The notes: generated by a model from the sequence alone, not told the origin. Counted from the first letter of the stretch, positions 42,876 to 53,334 are shown. The stretch: 64,000 nt of DNA from Hyalangium minutum (GCF_000737315.1 NZ_JMCB01000022.1:62001-126000), one strand, 5' to 3'. Program-made: numbers and translations.

Positions 42876-45022
42876 TGGACAAGGATCGTCTGGCACAGGC
42901 GTTGATGGCCACGTTCCTCGAGGAGCTCGAGGGACACGTGGCCGCGCTCAACCGCGACCTGCTGGCCTGGGAGAAGACCCCCCAGCCCGGGCGCGTGCGG
43001 GAGCTGCTCTCCACGCTGCTGCGCACGGTGCACAGCGTGAAGGGGGCCTCGCGCGCCGTGAGCCTGGGGTTGGTGGAGCTGGTGTGCCACCGGCTGGAGG
43101 AGGTGCTGGCCACGGTGCAGCCCGGCCAGCCCGTGAACCCCGAGGTGTTCGAGCTGGGCTTCGCCGTGGCGGATGCCCTGGACGACGCGCGGCAGAGGCT
43201 GGGCCGGAAGCAAGAGCTGGCCGGCTCTCCTTTGGAGGCACTGCTGCCTCGGCTGGCCGCGGCGGCACAGGGACAAGGCACCGCCCCCGTCCCTCCAGCC
43301 CCTGCTGCTCCAGCTCCCACAGCTCAGGCTCCTCAGGCCCCCGAGTCTCGCCCCGAGCCCGTGGCCGAGGCGTCGAGCGCGGAGGCCCTGCCCGTCCGTG
43401 TGTCCGCGCAGAAGCTGGACGCGCTGCTGGCGCGCAGCGGGGAGCTCCGAGTGTCCAGCCTCCGGCTCGACGGACGCGCGGAGTGGGCCGAGTCCCTGCG
43501 GGAGGAGCTGTCCGTCCTGCGTGCGCGCTTGAGCGGCCCGGAGGAGGCCGCCGCGCGCCGGTTGGAGACCCGCCTCTCTCAGCTCTCCCGCGAGCTGCTG
43601 GCGGACCGGCTGGCGTTGTCCCAGACCGTGAGCGGCCTGGACGAGGAAGTGCGGCGCGCGAGGACGCTGCCCTTCGCGGAGGCCTGCGAGGGGCTGGAGC
43701 GCACCGCGCGGGACGTGGCACGGAGCGCGGGCAAGCAGGTCCGCCTGGAAATTCTTGGCGGCAGCTTGGAGCTGGACCGCTCGCTCCTGCAGGGCCTGCG
43801 AGAGCCGCTGCTCCACCTCGTGCGCAATGCCGTGGCCCATGGGCTGGAGCTGCCCGAGGAGCGCACCCGCGCGGGCAAGCCCGCCGAGGGCCATGTCCTC
43901 CTGGCCGCCCGGATCTCGGGAGGCCGTGTGCAGGTGTCCGTGGAGGACGACGGCCGGGGGTTGGACCTCGACGCCATCCGCGCGAAGGCCGAGGCCCAGG
44001 GCTGGGAGGTTCCCGAGGACGCCGCCGCCGTGGCCCGCCTCATCTTCCTCCAGGGCCTGTCCACCGCCTTGCAGGTGACGTCCGTCTCCGGGCGCGGCGT
44101 GGGGCTCGATGTGGTGCGCACCCAGGTGGAGGCGCTCCGGGGCAGCGTGGACGTGTCCTTCCGCCCGGGCGCTGGCACGCGCTTCGTGCTGGACGTGCCG
44201 CTCACCCTCAGCACGCTCCGGGTGCTCCTGGTGAACGCCGGCGGCCAGACCTTCGCCCTGCCCGCCGAGAACGTGGAGCGGCTCCTGCGGCTGGCGCCCT
44301 CCGAGGTGCGCGAAGTCGAGGGCCAGCAGGTGTGGGCCGCCGAGGACGCGCTGGTGCCGCTCACCTCGCTGGCCTCGGTGCTGGGCATGCCGCCGGGGGC
44401 TCCGCTCACGCGGCTCCCGACGGTGGTGCTCACCTCCGGTCCCCTGCACGTGGCCCTGGGGGTGGACGAGGTGCTGGCCGAGCAGGAGGTGCTCGTCCGC
44501 GGGCTGGGGCCCCGCATGCGCCGCACGCGCTACGTGTCCGGCGCCGCGGTGCTGCCCACCGGGAGGATGGCGCTGCTGCTCCACCCCGCCTCTCTGGTCC
44601 GCGCCGCGGAGGGTGTCCCCGCGGCCTCGCTCTTCCCCGCGCCCGCCGTTCAGCGCGCCCGCCAGCGCATCCTCCTGGCCGAGGACTCGCCGACCACCCG
44701 CGCCCTGGAGCAGAGCCTGCTGGAGGCCGCGGGCTACGAGGTGATGGCGTGCGCCGATGGCGCCGAGGCCTGGGAGCGCCTGCAGCGGATCGGCGCCGAT
44801 GCGCTGGTGTCGGACCTGGAGATGCCTCGCATGGATGGCTTCGAGCTCACCGAGGCCGTGAGGGCCTCTCCCCGCTTCTCCCGGCTGCCCGTGGTGCTGG
44901 TCACCGCGCGAGGCCGGCCCGAGGACAAGGCACGCGGCCTCCAGGTGGGCGCCAGTGCCTACCTGGTGAAGAGTGCCTTTGATCAGACGAACCTGCTGGA
45001 GACCCTGAGACGACTGCTATGA
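42875..45022 (+). CDS. cheA: CheA-REC hybrid kinase
   Basis: HPt HSVKGAS, HLVRNAVAHG, SGRGVGLDVV, CheW domain, C-terminal REC. Confidence 0.94.
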   Translation: MDKDRLAQALMATFLEELEGHVAALNRDLLAWEKTPQPGRVRELLSTLLRTVHSVKGASRAVSLGLVELVCHRLEEVLATVQPGQPVNPEVFELGFAVADALDDARQRLGRKQELAGSPLEALLPRLAAAAQGQGTAPVPPAPAAPAPTAQAPQAPESRPEPVAEASSAEALPVRVSAQKLDALLARSGELRVSSLRLDGRAEWAESLREELSVLRARLSGPEEAAARRLETRLSQLSRELLADRLALSQTVSGLDEEVRRARTLPFAEACEGLERTARDVARSAGKQVRLEILGGSLELDRSLLQGLREPLLHLVRNAVAHGLELPEERTRAGKPAEGHVLLAARISGGRVQVSVEDDGRGLDLDAIRAKAEAQGWEVPEDAAAVARLIFLQGLSTALQVTSVSGRGVGLDVVRTQVEALRGSVDVSFRPGAGTRFVLDVPLTLSTLRVLLVNAGGQTFALPAENVERLLRLAPSEVREVEGQQVWAAEDALVPLTSLASVLGMPPGAPLTRLPTVVLTSGPLHVALGVDEVLAEQEVLVRGLGPRMRRTRYVSGAAVLPTGRMALLLHPASLVRAAEGVPAASLFPAPAVQRARQRILLAEDSPTTRALEQSLLEAAGYEVMACADGAEAWERLQRIGADALVSDLEMPRMDGFELTEAVRASPRFSRLPVVLVTARGRPEDKARGLQVGASAYLVKSAFDQTNLLETLRRLL

Positions 45023-46077
45023 ACGCCAACCTGCCCAACCCCCTGCGCGTCGTGGTGGCGGAGGACTCACCCACGGCCCGCCGGCTCCTGGTGGAGATCA
45101 TCCGCGAGGACCCCACCTTGCAAGTGGTCGGCGAGGCGAAGGACGGACTGGAAGCGGTGGACCTCACCCAGCGCCTGCGCCCGCACCTGGTGACCATGGA
45201 CATCCAGATGCCGAACATGGATGGCCTGGAAGCCACCAAGCGCATCATGACGGAGGTGCCCACCCCCGTGGTGGTGGTGTCCACGCTGGTGGAGCGGGAC
45301 ATTCAAACCTCCATGTCCGCGCTGCGCGCGGGTGCGCTCGCCGTGCTGCAGAAGCTCGTGGGCCCGGAGTCTCCGGACTTCGAGCGGGAGAGCCGCCACC
45401 TGCGCGACACGCTCAAGGCCATGGCGGGAGTGAAGGTGGTGCGGCACTGGCCGGTCCGCGTGCCCTCGACGCCCTCGCGCCCCATGCCCACGGTGGGCAC
45501 CCGCTCGAAGCCCACGGTGGTGGCCATCGCCGCGTCCACGGGCGGCCCCGCGGCACTTCACCGCATCTTCTCGGAGCTGCCCGCGGACTTTCCCCTGCCC
45601 ATCCTCGTGGTGCAGCACATCGCCCTGGGCTTCGCGCAGGGGATGGCGGGGTGGCTGGACTCCGTCACACCGCTCACCGTCAAGGTCGCCGAGGAGGGCG
45701 AGCTGCTGAAGCGGGGCACCGTCTACATCGCCCCGGATGATCGGCACCTGGGTGTCTCCGCGGATGGCCTGGTGCAGGTGTCGAACACCGCGCCGGTGGG
45801 GGGCTTCCGGCCCTCGGGCACCTACCTCTTCCGCTCCGTGGCGCGCGCCTACGGCGCGGGCTGTGTCGCACTCATCCTCACAGGCATGGGTCAGGACGGC
45901 CTGGAGGGGCTGCGCGAGCTGCGCCAGGCCGGTGGGCGCGTGCTGGCCCAGGACGAGGCCACCTCCATCGTCTTCGGCATGCCCGGAGTGGCTGTGGCCG
46001 CAGGGCTCCCCGAGGCCGTGCTCCCCCTGGATTCCATCGCCTCCCACCTCAAGGAGCTGGCCACCTCCGCAGCCTGA
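45019..46077 (+). CDS. cheB: CheB methylesterase
   Basis: REC + ASTGG, VQHI, LTGMGQDG triad. Confidence 0.94.
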   Translation: MNANLPNPLRVVVAEDSPTARRLLVEIIREDPTLQVVGEAKDGLEAVDLTQRLRPHLVTMDIQMPNMDGLEATKRIMTEVPTPVVVVSTLVERDIQTSMSALRAGALAVLQKLVGPESPDFERESRHLRDTLKAMAGVKVVRHWPVRVPSTPSRPMPTVGTRSKPTVVAIAASTGGPAALHRIFSELPADFPLPILVVQHIALGFAQGMAGWLDSVTPLTVKVAEEGELLKRGTVYIAPDDRHLGVSADGLVQVSNTAPVGGFRPSGTYLFRSVARAYGAGCVALILTGMGQDGLEGLRELRQAGGRVLAQDEATSIVFGMPGVAVAAGLPEAVLPLDSIASHLKELATSAA

Positions 46078-46216
46078 GAATACGGGCCTCACCCGAAGTG
46101 TTGGCCAGATCATGTCCGAGCGCTGACCTGCAGGGATGCCCCCTGGACAGGGGGGGCAGTGAGGAACAAAACTGGGCCAGACTTCTTCTTCTTTGAGCGT
46201 GAGTTCGAACCGGGCC

Positions 46217-47914
46217 ATGAGCGAGCAGGCCGATAGCTGGGCGGGCGTCTTCGAGGCGCTTCCGGAGCCAGCCTACTTGCTCGATGAAGCGAGCCGCGTG
46301 CTGGCATGCAGCGCGGCGGGGGCTCGCGCCCTGGGCCTGGAAGCGGCCCAGCTGGTAGGCCGCCGCTGGGCCGAGCTCCCGGTGGACCTGCAGGTGCTGG
46401 CCCGCCTGGAGACCGAGCGCGGCCGGGCCCTCGCCATTGGCACCTCGCGCACCTTGGAGAGCACCTGGCCCACACCCGAGGGCCCCGCGCTCCACTCCTT
46501 CCAGCTCACGCCCCTGGCGGGCTCCCCGGAAGGCACTCGCGTCCTCATCACGCTCCGCTCCCTCTCCGAGGCCCAGGCCATGTACGTCAGGGCCCTGGAG
46601 CTGGAGCAAAACGCCCGCGCCGAGGTCGAGACCGCCGAGCGCCGCCGCTCCTTCCTCTATCAGGCGATGAGCACGCTCTTCGCCCACCCGCCGGATCCGC
46701 AGGGCATGTACACCCTGCTGGCTCACCTGGCCGTGCCGGACCTCGCGGACTGGTGCCTGGTGGATGCCGTGGAGCAGGACGGCTGGGTGAGCCGCGTGGC
46801 CTCGGCCTGCCTGGATCCCACGCAAGAGGAGAAGGCGCGCGCCCTGCCTCAGCGCCAGCAGCTGCGCCCCAGTGCGCCCATCGGCCTGCTGCGCGTGCTG
46901 CACACCGGCGAGCCCGAGCTGGTGCCCGCCGTGACGGACTCGCTGCTGCGCGCCGCCGCCGCCGAGCCCCTGCACCCCACGCTCCTCTCCCTGCTCCAGG
47001 CGCGCTCGTACATGATCATCCCGCTGCGCGCGCGCGGGCACACGCTGGGGGCCATCACCTTCGTGGCCTCGCACTCGGGGCGCTGCTACGGGCAGGAGGA
47101 CCTCGCGCTGGCGGAGGACCTGTGCCAGCGCGCCAGCCTCGCCATCGACAACGCGCGCCTCTTCGGCGAGTCCCGCCGCGCCACCCGCGCCCGCGAGGAC
47201 CTGCTGGCCGTCGTCTCGCATGATCTGCGCAACCCGCTGAACGTGGTGCAGATGGGCGCCGCGCTGCTGCTGCGCGAGCGCCCCGGTGTCCCCCGCGACG
47301 AGCATGTCTTCAAGCACGCGGGCCGCATCCGCGATGCCTCGGACCGGGCGCTGCGGCTCATCTCGGACCTGCTGGACTGGGGCCGCCTGGAGGAGGGCCG
47401 GCTGCCGCTGGAGCTGCGCGAGGAGGAGTCCGGCACGCTGCTGACGGACGCGGTGGACAGCATCCGCACCCTGGCGGAGAACCACCAGCTCTCCGTCATG
47501 ATGGATGTGCCGGACGATCTGCCCTGGGTGCGGTGCGACCGGACGCGGGTGCTCCAGGTGCTCGGCAACCTGCTGGGCAACGCGGTGAAGTTCACCGAGG
47601 CCGGCGGCCAGCTCACCGTGAGCGCGAGGGACCAGGGAGGCGAGGTCAGCTTCCACGTGCGCGACACGGGCAAGGGCATTGCCCCCGAGCAGTTGGCCTA
47701 CGTCTTCGATCGCTACTGGCAGGCCAAGGATGCGGCCAGCCGGGGGGCGGGGCTCGGACTGGCCATCGCCAAGGGGCTCGTGGAGGCGCACGGGGGCCGC
47801 ATCTGGGCGGAGAGCACGCCGGGCAAGGGCAGCACCTTCTCCTTCAGCCTGCCCTGCCTGCCAAGCTCCGAGACGCGCGCCCGCCCCCGCGCCCCCGGCG
47901 ATTCCCTCTCGTAG
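46217..47914 (+). CDS. PAS-GAF histidine kinase downstream of the che cluster (SocD-like position)
   Basis: VSHDLRNP, NLLGNAVKF, GAGLGL. Confidence 0.88.
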   Translation: MSEQADSWAGVFEALPEPAYLLDEASRVLACSAAGARALGLEAAQLVGRRWAELPVDLQVLARLETERGRALAIGTSRTLESTWPTPEGPALHSFQLTPLAGSPEGTRVLITLRSLSEAQAMYVRALELEQNARAEVETAERRRSFLYQAMSTLFAHPPDPQGMYTLLAHLAVPDLADWCLVDAVEQDGWVSRVASACLDPTQEEKARALPQRQQLRPSAPIGLLRVLHTGEPELVPAVTDSLLRAAAAEPLHPTLLSLLQARSYMIIPLRARGHTLGAITFVASHSGRCYGQEDLALAEDLCQRASLAIDNARLFGESRRATRAREDLLAVVSHDLRNPLNVVQMGAALLLRERPGVPRDEHVFKHAGRIRDASDRALRLISDLLDWGRLEEGRLPLELREEESGTLLTDAVDSIRTLAENHQLSVMMDVPDDLPWVRCDRTRVLQVLGNLLGNAVKFTEAGGQLTVSARDQGGEVSFHVRDTGKGIAPEQLAYVFDRYWQAKDAASRGAGLGLAIAKGLVEAHGGRIWAESTPGKGSTFSFSLPCLPSSETRARPRAPGDSLS

Positions 47915-48281
47915 GTCCCCTGGGACTCGGGCCACTTCCGCATCGGGTCATCGCTGGGCCAGTCACAGTGGGCGCGTGGCGAACGCCCCAGCAGGCAGGA
48001 CAGCCGCGGCAGCGCGTCTCTACGTGGGCAGGGAGCAGAGGCGAGGCAAGCGTCCAGGCGTCGGCGCTGGGCGGGAGCCTCCCCCGCAGGGAGGCCAGGA
48101 GTGAAGGACGGCGCCACCCGGCGGCTCCTCCTCTTCCCCGGAGCAGCCCTCTACGCTGATCACCTCCTCGGAAGACGGGGTGACGCATGCTGCTGTGGCG
48201 GAGTGTCTGGAAGGCCGAAGTGCTCTTCCGTGTGTTGCTCGTCGCCAGCGCCGGAGGAGCCGCCCTCAAAGGGGTTGCCGC

Positions 48282-50096
48282 ATGAGATGCCCGGGAGCGA
48301 GCCAGCCTCCGCGGTTCCATGCGGCTGTCAGCCTCTTGCTGCTCGCTGTGTTCGTCGCGCCCGGAGCATTCGCCTCTGACGAGACGAGCCCAGTGCGCGC
48401 CGTGGTGGGGGCGGGTGTCTCTCAGGGCACTGCGCTGGGCGGCCCCTGGGCGCCGCGCACCTCGTACAGCGTGAGCGTGTGGGGCCTGTGGGAGGCAGGC
48501 CAGGGCATAGGGGCGCGGTTGACCGTGCAGCCCCCGGTCACCTCCGCCGGAGCGTGGGAGCTGTCCACGGACGCGGTGGCGCGCTTCACGGGCGAGGGGC
48601 CGCTGTACTTCAAAGCCATGGGTGGAGCGGCCCTCTCTCCCCGCTCCTGGGGAGCTCCACGGCTGCGCGCTGGCGGCGAAGCCGGGGTGCACGCCATCCG
48701 CGGGAGCATTGGGTTGGAGGTGGGCGTTGCGGGCGTGTACGCGTTCCCGCCCTCCCGCTTCGCGCAAGGCGAAGGGGTGGTCTCCCTCGGAGTGGGCCTC
48801 CTCTTCGGCTTCGGCCCACCGTCCCGTGCGCCTGCCCTCGCCCCGTCTCAGCGCCCCTGGGCGCAGCAGTCCGCCCACAGTCCAGCAGGCGCCTTCCCGC
48901 AGCAGGGCCCAGGCCCCTCTTCCGCAGCGGAGATGAGCACGGCGGGGCCTGCGCCCGCTCCTTCGGAGGCGGCACCTGTCCCCTTCGGTGAGCGGGATGT
49001 GATTCAGCAGATTCTGCTGCTGCGAAGACCCCTGGACGTAGCGCTCTGGTGGGGCTCAGGCCCCGGTGAGCAGGACATGCAGCAGTGGACTCACCCGCTG
49101 TCCCAGTGGGAGCGCCAGTACACCGAGGCCATGAGCGCGGCGACGGTGCCCGAGCCCATCCGCATGTGGCCGCCGGTGACGCCCGAGCGCCTGACCCCCG
49201 CGCAGCGCGAGGACCTGGAGAAGCGGCTGAGCACAGGAGCCGCCGCCGCCGAGGGGTATGCCCACTGGGAAAACCGCCGACGCATCATCAAGCACTACAC
49301 GGTGACGCACCCGGTCACCCTTCAGCTCCTGCTGAAGCTGCATGGGGTGACCCGGGACGTCAATCCGCTGCACTTCGCGCTGGAGCGCGGCTGGCAGATG
49401 GCCAGTGGCCAGGAGATGTTCACCGGGCAGGAGGTGTCCCAGCTCGGAGCGGCCCAGGAGTTCTTCACGGCGCTGGCGGTGGGAGTGGCCGCTGGGAAGT
49501 TGATGACCGCCACGCGGCCAGTGCCCGGGTGGGGTGTCGCGGAGCCGGTGCAGCCGGTGGCTCCTGGCAAGGTGGAGGCTCCGCCTGCTCTACGGAGAGC
49601 CGCGGCGCCCGCTCTAGAACCCGCTCCGGTTCCAGCACCACCCTCTCCGGCGCCGGGCACCCTCGCGCCCTCAGCCGAACTGGTCCAAGCCCTCACGGGC
49701 AAGAACCCGACGCCGCAGGTGCCCGTCGGCCCACGCCTGCCTCAGGACGTCACCATCAAGCCGAAGGTGCCAAAGCTCCTCGATACGGACCGTCCCATTA
49801 GCCCTAGCCCCAGGCAAAATGCGCAACTTCAGAGGGACATCCAGTACCTGGAGAACGAGCTCGGCGCCGAGAACATTCGGGTGAACCAACAACAAGTGAC
49901 ATTCAGGGACGGCCAGCGCGTGGGAATCAATCGGCCGGATCTGCAATTCGACTACGATGGCCGCCGCTACCATGTGGAGTACGATTCACCCACTTCGGGC
50001 CGTGGCCCTGGCCACCAGTCGCGCCTCACCGCCAACGACCCAGAAGCCACCGTCATCCGGATCACCATCCCTGAGCCGCAAGACGTGACTCCATGA
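48282..50096 (+). CDS. Putative polymorphic toxin: signal peptide + 8-stranded OM barrel + PT-TG-like + PD-(D/E)xK-like tip
   Basis: SPI signal (..APGAFA-S), eight amphipathic strands ending GLLFGF, GQEMFTGQEVS, RPDLQ..VEYD; ATGA-coupled downstream gene. Confidence 0.65.
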   Translation: MRCPGASQPPRFHAAVSLLLLAVFVAPGAFASDETSPVRAVVGAGVSQGTALGGPWAPRTSYSVSVWGLWEAGQGIGARLTVQPPVTSAGAWELSTDAVARFTGEGPLYFKAMGGAALSPRSWGAPRLRAGGEAGVHAIRGSIGLEVGVAGVYAFPPSRFAQGEGVVSLGVGLLFGFGPPSRAPALAPSQRPWAQQSAHSPAGAFPQQGPGPSSAAEMSTAGPAPAPSEAAPVPFGERDVIQQILLLRRPLDVALWWGSGPGEQDMQQWTHPLSQWERQYTEAMSAATVPEPIRMWPPVTPERLTPAQREDLEKRLSTGAAAAEGYAHWENRRRIIKHYTVTHPVTLQLLLKLHGVTRDVNPLHFALERGWQMASGQEMFTGQEVSQLGAAQEFFTALAVGVAAGKLMTATRPVPGWGVAEPVQPVAPGKVEAPPALRRAAAPALEPAPVPAPPSPAPGTLAPSAELVQALTGKNPTPQVPVGPRLPQDVTIKPKVPKLLDTDRPISPSPRQNAQLQRDIQYLENELGAENIRVNQQQVTFRDGQRVGINRPDLQFDYDGRRYHVEYDSPTSGRGPGHQSRLTANDPEATVIRITIPEPQDVTP

Positions 50097-50830
50097 CGCA
50101 AGAAATGAAGGGGCTGCTGCTGGAGGACCGCTGGGCGCCTGTCACTTCTGAGATGGGCTTTCTGGCGGCGGGCGCCGAGCAGGCGGCGCAAGCCTTCGCT
50201 ACGTGGCAGAGAGGGCTGGCGACGTCCCATGGCTTCACCATTGAAGTGCTCTCCGTCTCGGGCCCCCTGGAGCAGGCCCTATCCCATTTGCTGCCCCTCA
50301 GTGGCGGAGAGACCCAACGGCGCCTGTTCATCCCCACGCGCAGCGCCTGGACCGCCTACGTCACCAACCAGTGGACTGGGACGGATGCCGCCAGCCCCAT
50401 GCGCGTCATGGCCCGGCAGCTGAGCATCCGGTGCTTGCGGGTGGTCGCCGTGCCCCACACCCTGCGCGGGGACCAAGGCCGCTATGGCGCAGTCATGCTG
50501 AGTGTGTACGGCCCGGAGCAGCCGGGAAAGATCAGCAACACGGTGCGCGCCCTGGCCGCTGCCAACGATGGGGGCCGCTGGGTCTTCGAGCAGTCGGGCG
50601 AGCCCTTCCCCTTCGAGCAGGTGGAGCAGTATCAAGCGCGCCGGGTGAGGGACCGCTTCTCCTTTGAGATGCTCAAGGACTACCTGCGCCACCTGGGGCT
50701 CTCCCCCTTCGAGGAGGACTTCTACCTGCCTCCGGGTTCCTGCGCGTGGCTCGTCCAAAAGACAGGCCCCTTTGCCCCTGGCTATAAGGAGTACACACTG
50801 GAGGAGGCCCGCCGCGAACGGGTGTTGTGA
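50093..50830 (+). CDS. Probable cognate immunity protein
   Basis: ATGA overlap with toxin stop; soluble 245 aa with no signal peptide. Confidence 0.6.
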   Translation: MTQEMKGLLLEDRWAPVTSEMGFLAAGAEQAAQAFATWQRGLATSHGFTIEVLSVSGPLEQALSHLLPLSGGETQRRLFIPTRSAWTAYVTNQWTGTDAASPMRVMARQLSIRCLRVVAVPHTLRGDQGRYGAVMLSVYGPEQPGKISNTVRALAAANDGGRWVFEQSGEPFPFEQVEQYQARRVRDRFSFEMLKDYLRHLGLSPFEEDFYLPPGSCAWLVQKTGPFAPGYKEYTLEEARRERVL

Positions 50831-50943
50831 CGCACCCGTGGCGGATGCCTGTCTTTGCTTGGCTCAACCCAACGCAGCGAGCCGAGCCAGCGCACCGTCA
50901 CCGTTACCAGCAGTGCGCCCTCGATTAGGCGAGCATCGGCGCT

Positions 50944-51378
50944 TCAGGCTCCGGGCGCGGCCGCGCAGAGGGTCACCACCGCGGACTTCAGCTCATCCAT
51001 GTCCACCGGCTTGTCCAGCAGCGCCTGCGCGCCGAGCCGCCGGGCCTCCTCGCGCGTGGGCTCGTCCGCGAACGCGCTGAGCAACAGCACCGGGCACGTC
51101 AGCCCTCGCGCCCGCACCTGCGCCAGCACCTCGAGACCCGTGCGTCCAGGCATCCGCACGTCCGAGAGGATGAGATCCGGAGGCCCCAGCCCTGTGTCCT
51201 GGCGGATCAGCTCCACGTAGTCCGCCAGCTCGAAGCCATCCTCCAACGGCACCACGGTGTGCCCCGCCCGCGTCAGCACCTGCTGGATCATGTTCCGCAT
51301 CGCGTCATCGTCCTCGGCCAGGAGGATGCGCAGCGCCCGCTTGGGCAGCGCGGAGGGCACAGGAGAATCCGCCACCAT
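50944..51378 (-). CDS. Single-domain response regulator
   Basis: LLAEDD, LSDVRMP, LDKP. Confidence 0.88.
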   Translation of the reverse strand: MVADSPVPSALPKRALRILLAEDDDAMRNMIQQVLTRAGHTVVPLEDGFELADYVELIRQDTGLGPPDLILSDVRMPGRTGLEVLAQVRARGLTCPVLLLSAFADEPTREEARRLGAQALLDKPVDMDELKSAVVTLCAAAPGA

Positions 51379-51420
51379 GGAGTCGTCTCACGGGAGAGAA
51401 GGAAACAACCCCTGAAGCAA

Positions 51421-51436
51421 AGCATGCCGCGTGCCA
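51421..51436 (-). promoter_or_regulatory. Sigma54 promoter for the response regulator gene
   Basis: Minus strand TGGCACG-CGGC-ATGCT, 42 nt upstream of ATG 51378. Confidence 0.6.
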
Positions 51437-51572
51437 TGAGGTTCTCCCCCGGCAGTGGCCCCATGAGGCCCGGGGCATTCTTCCTCGCGGGGCATTCTGC
51501 CCCGGGCTTCTCTGGGGCGAGGAGGGCCTCAGCGCGAGCGGCTCCCTTCGAGTCTCGTCGCTCGCGAACCGT

Positions 51573-51588
51573 TGGCACGGCGGCTGCT
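51573..51588 (+). promoter_or_regulatory. Sigma54 promoter for small secreted protein / TCS operon
   Basis: TGGCACG-GCGG-CTGCT, 50 nt upstream of ATG 51639. Confidence 0.65.
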
Positions 51589-51638
51589 TCGTCTGGCCGT
51601 GCCCGCATCCCGCGGGTCTCATGCTCAAGGATGTCTCC

Positions 51639-51851
51639 ATGAAGCGCACCACCTCGCTGCTGCTCGGCCTGACCCTCTCGTTCTCCTCGCTCGCCGCCTT
51701 TGCCGGCCAGCCGGCCGCCAAGCCTGCCGCTGAGAAGTCCACCACCGAGAAGAAGGCCGCCAAGCCGGCCAAGAGCACCAAGTCGACCAAGGCCAGCCCC
51801 AAGAAGGACGCCGCCTCGGCCGCTGATCAGGGCAACGCGCCGGCGAACTGA
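51639..51851 (+). CDS. Small secreted Lys/Ala-rich protein (70 aa)
   Basis: Signal peptide MKRTTSLLLGLTLSFSSLAAFA, low-complexity basic mature part. Confidence 0.75.
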   Translation: MKRTTSLLLGLTLSFSSLAAFAGQPAAKPAAEKSTTEKKAAKPAKSTKSTKASPKKDAASAADQGNAPAN

Positions 51852-51880
51852 GCTCCGCGGGGGAGCGCTCCGGACATCCC

Positions 51881-53334
51881 GTGAAGCTCGCACGAAAGCT
51901 CACCCTGGCCCTCGCCTTGCTCGCCGTCGGCGTCCTCGCGCTGATGGAGACGCTGGAGGTGAGGCGCGAGCTGGAGCGCTCCGCCGAGGACATGCGGCAC
52001 GACCATCGGCTGCTCGGCCACACGATTGCCGGCTCCATCGGCAAGGCCTGGCAGCAATCGGGAGAGGACGAAGCCCTCTCCCTGCTGGACCAAGCCAACC
52101 GCTTCCAGGATCAGGTCCGCCTGAGCTGGGTGTGGATCGATGGGCCCTCGGGGCACACGCTCCACCCTGCCCTGCCCCCGGAGCTGCTCACTCCCCTGCG
52201 CCTGGGCCAGGAGGCGGCGGTGACGGACATGCGCGTGCCTCCGGGCCTGCTGCGCTCGTACATCCCCGTGTCCGTCAGCGGCCGGCTGGGCGCCATCGAG
52301 ATCTCCGAGTCCCTCATTGATGAGCAGAAGCACGTGCGCAGCACCGTGCTGCGCACCACCCTGGCCACCCTGGCCCTCGCCGGAGGCTTCCTCGTGGCCG
52401 CCATGGCCATGGGACGCCAGTTGGTGGGACGCCCCATCGAGCAGCTGGTGCAGCTCGCCCGGCGCATCGGCGAGGGCCACCTGGACGCCCGCGTCCACCT
52501 CCACCAGCGCGACGAGCTGGACACGCTGGCCCTGGAGATGAACCAGATGGGCGAGCAGCTGCTGCGCGCACGGGAGACCATCGCCGCGGAGACGGCGGCC
52601 CGCCTCGCCGCGCTCGAGCACCTGCGGCACGCGGACCGGCTCACCACCGTGGGCAAGCTGGCCTCGGGCGTGGCCCATGAGCTGGGCACCCCGCTCAACG
52701 TGGTGCTGGGCCGCTCGAAGATGATCTCCTCGGGCGAGGCGGAGGGGGACGAGGTGCGCGAGTGCGCCCAGATCATCGCCCAGCAGGCCCAGCACATGAC
52801 GCGCATCATCCGACAGCTCTTGGACTTCGCGCGGCGCCGCTCCCCCCAGCGAGCCCCCGAGGAGCTCGCGCAGCTGGTCACCCGGACGCTGAGCCTGCTG
52901 CAGCCCATGGCCTCCAAGCGGGGCGTGCGCATCGTCTCCGAGGTGCCTGAGGCCATCACGCTGCAGGTGGACACCGGACAGCTCCAGCAGGTGCTCACCA
53001 ACCTGGTGATGAACGGCCTGCAGGCCATGAAGAACCCGGGCACCCTGCGCGTGGGAGCCGGACTCGCCCGCGTCACCGCTCCGGAGGAGGCGGGCGGGAA
53101 CGAGGCGGAGTGGGTGCGGGTGGATGTGGCGGACGAGGGCGAGGGCATTGCCCCCGAAGTCCTTCCCCACATCTTCGAGCCCTTCTTCACCACGAAGGAT
53201 GTAGGCGAGGGAACGGGGCTGGGCCTCTCCGTCTCCTATGGAATCATCCGGGACCACGGCGGTTGGATCGACGTGCGAAGCGAGCCCGAAAAGGGTAGCT
53301 GTTTCTCCATCTACCTCCCGAAGGAAGACAGCGC

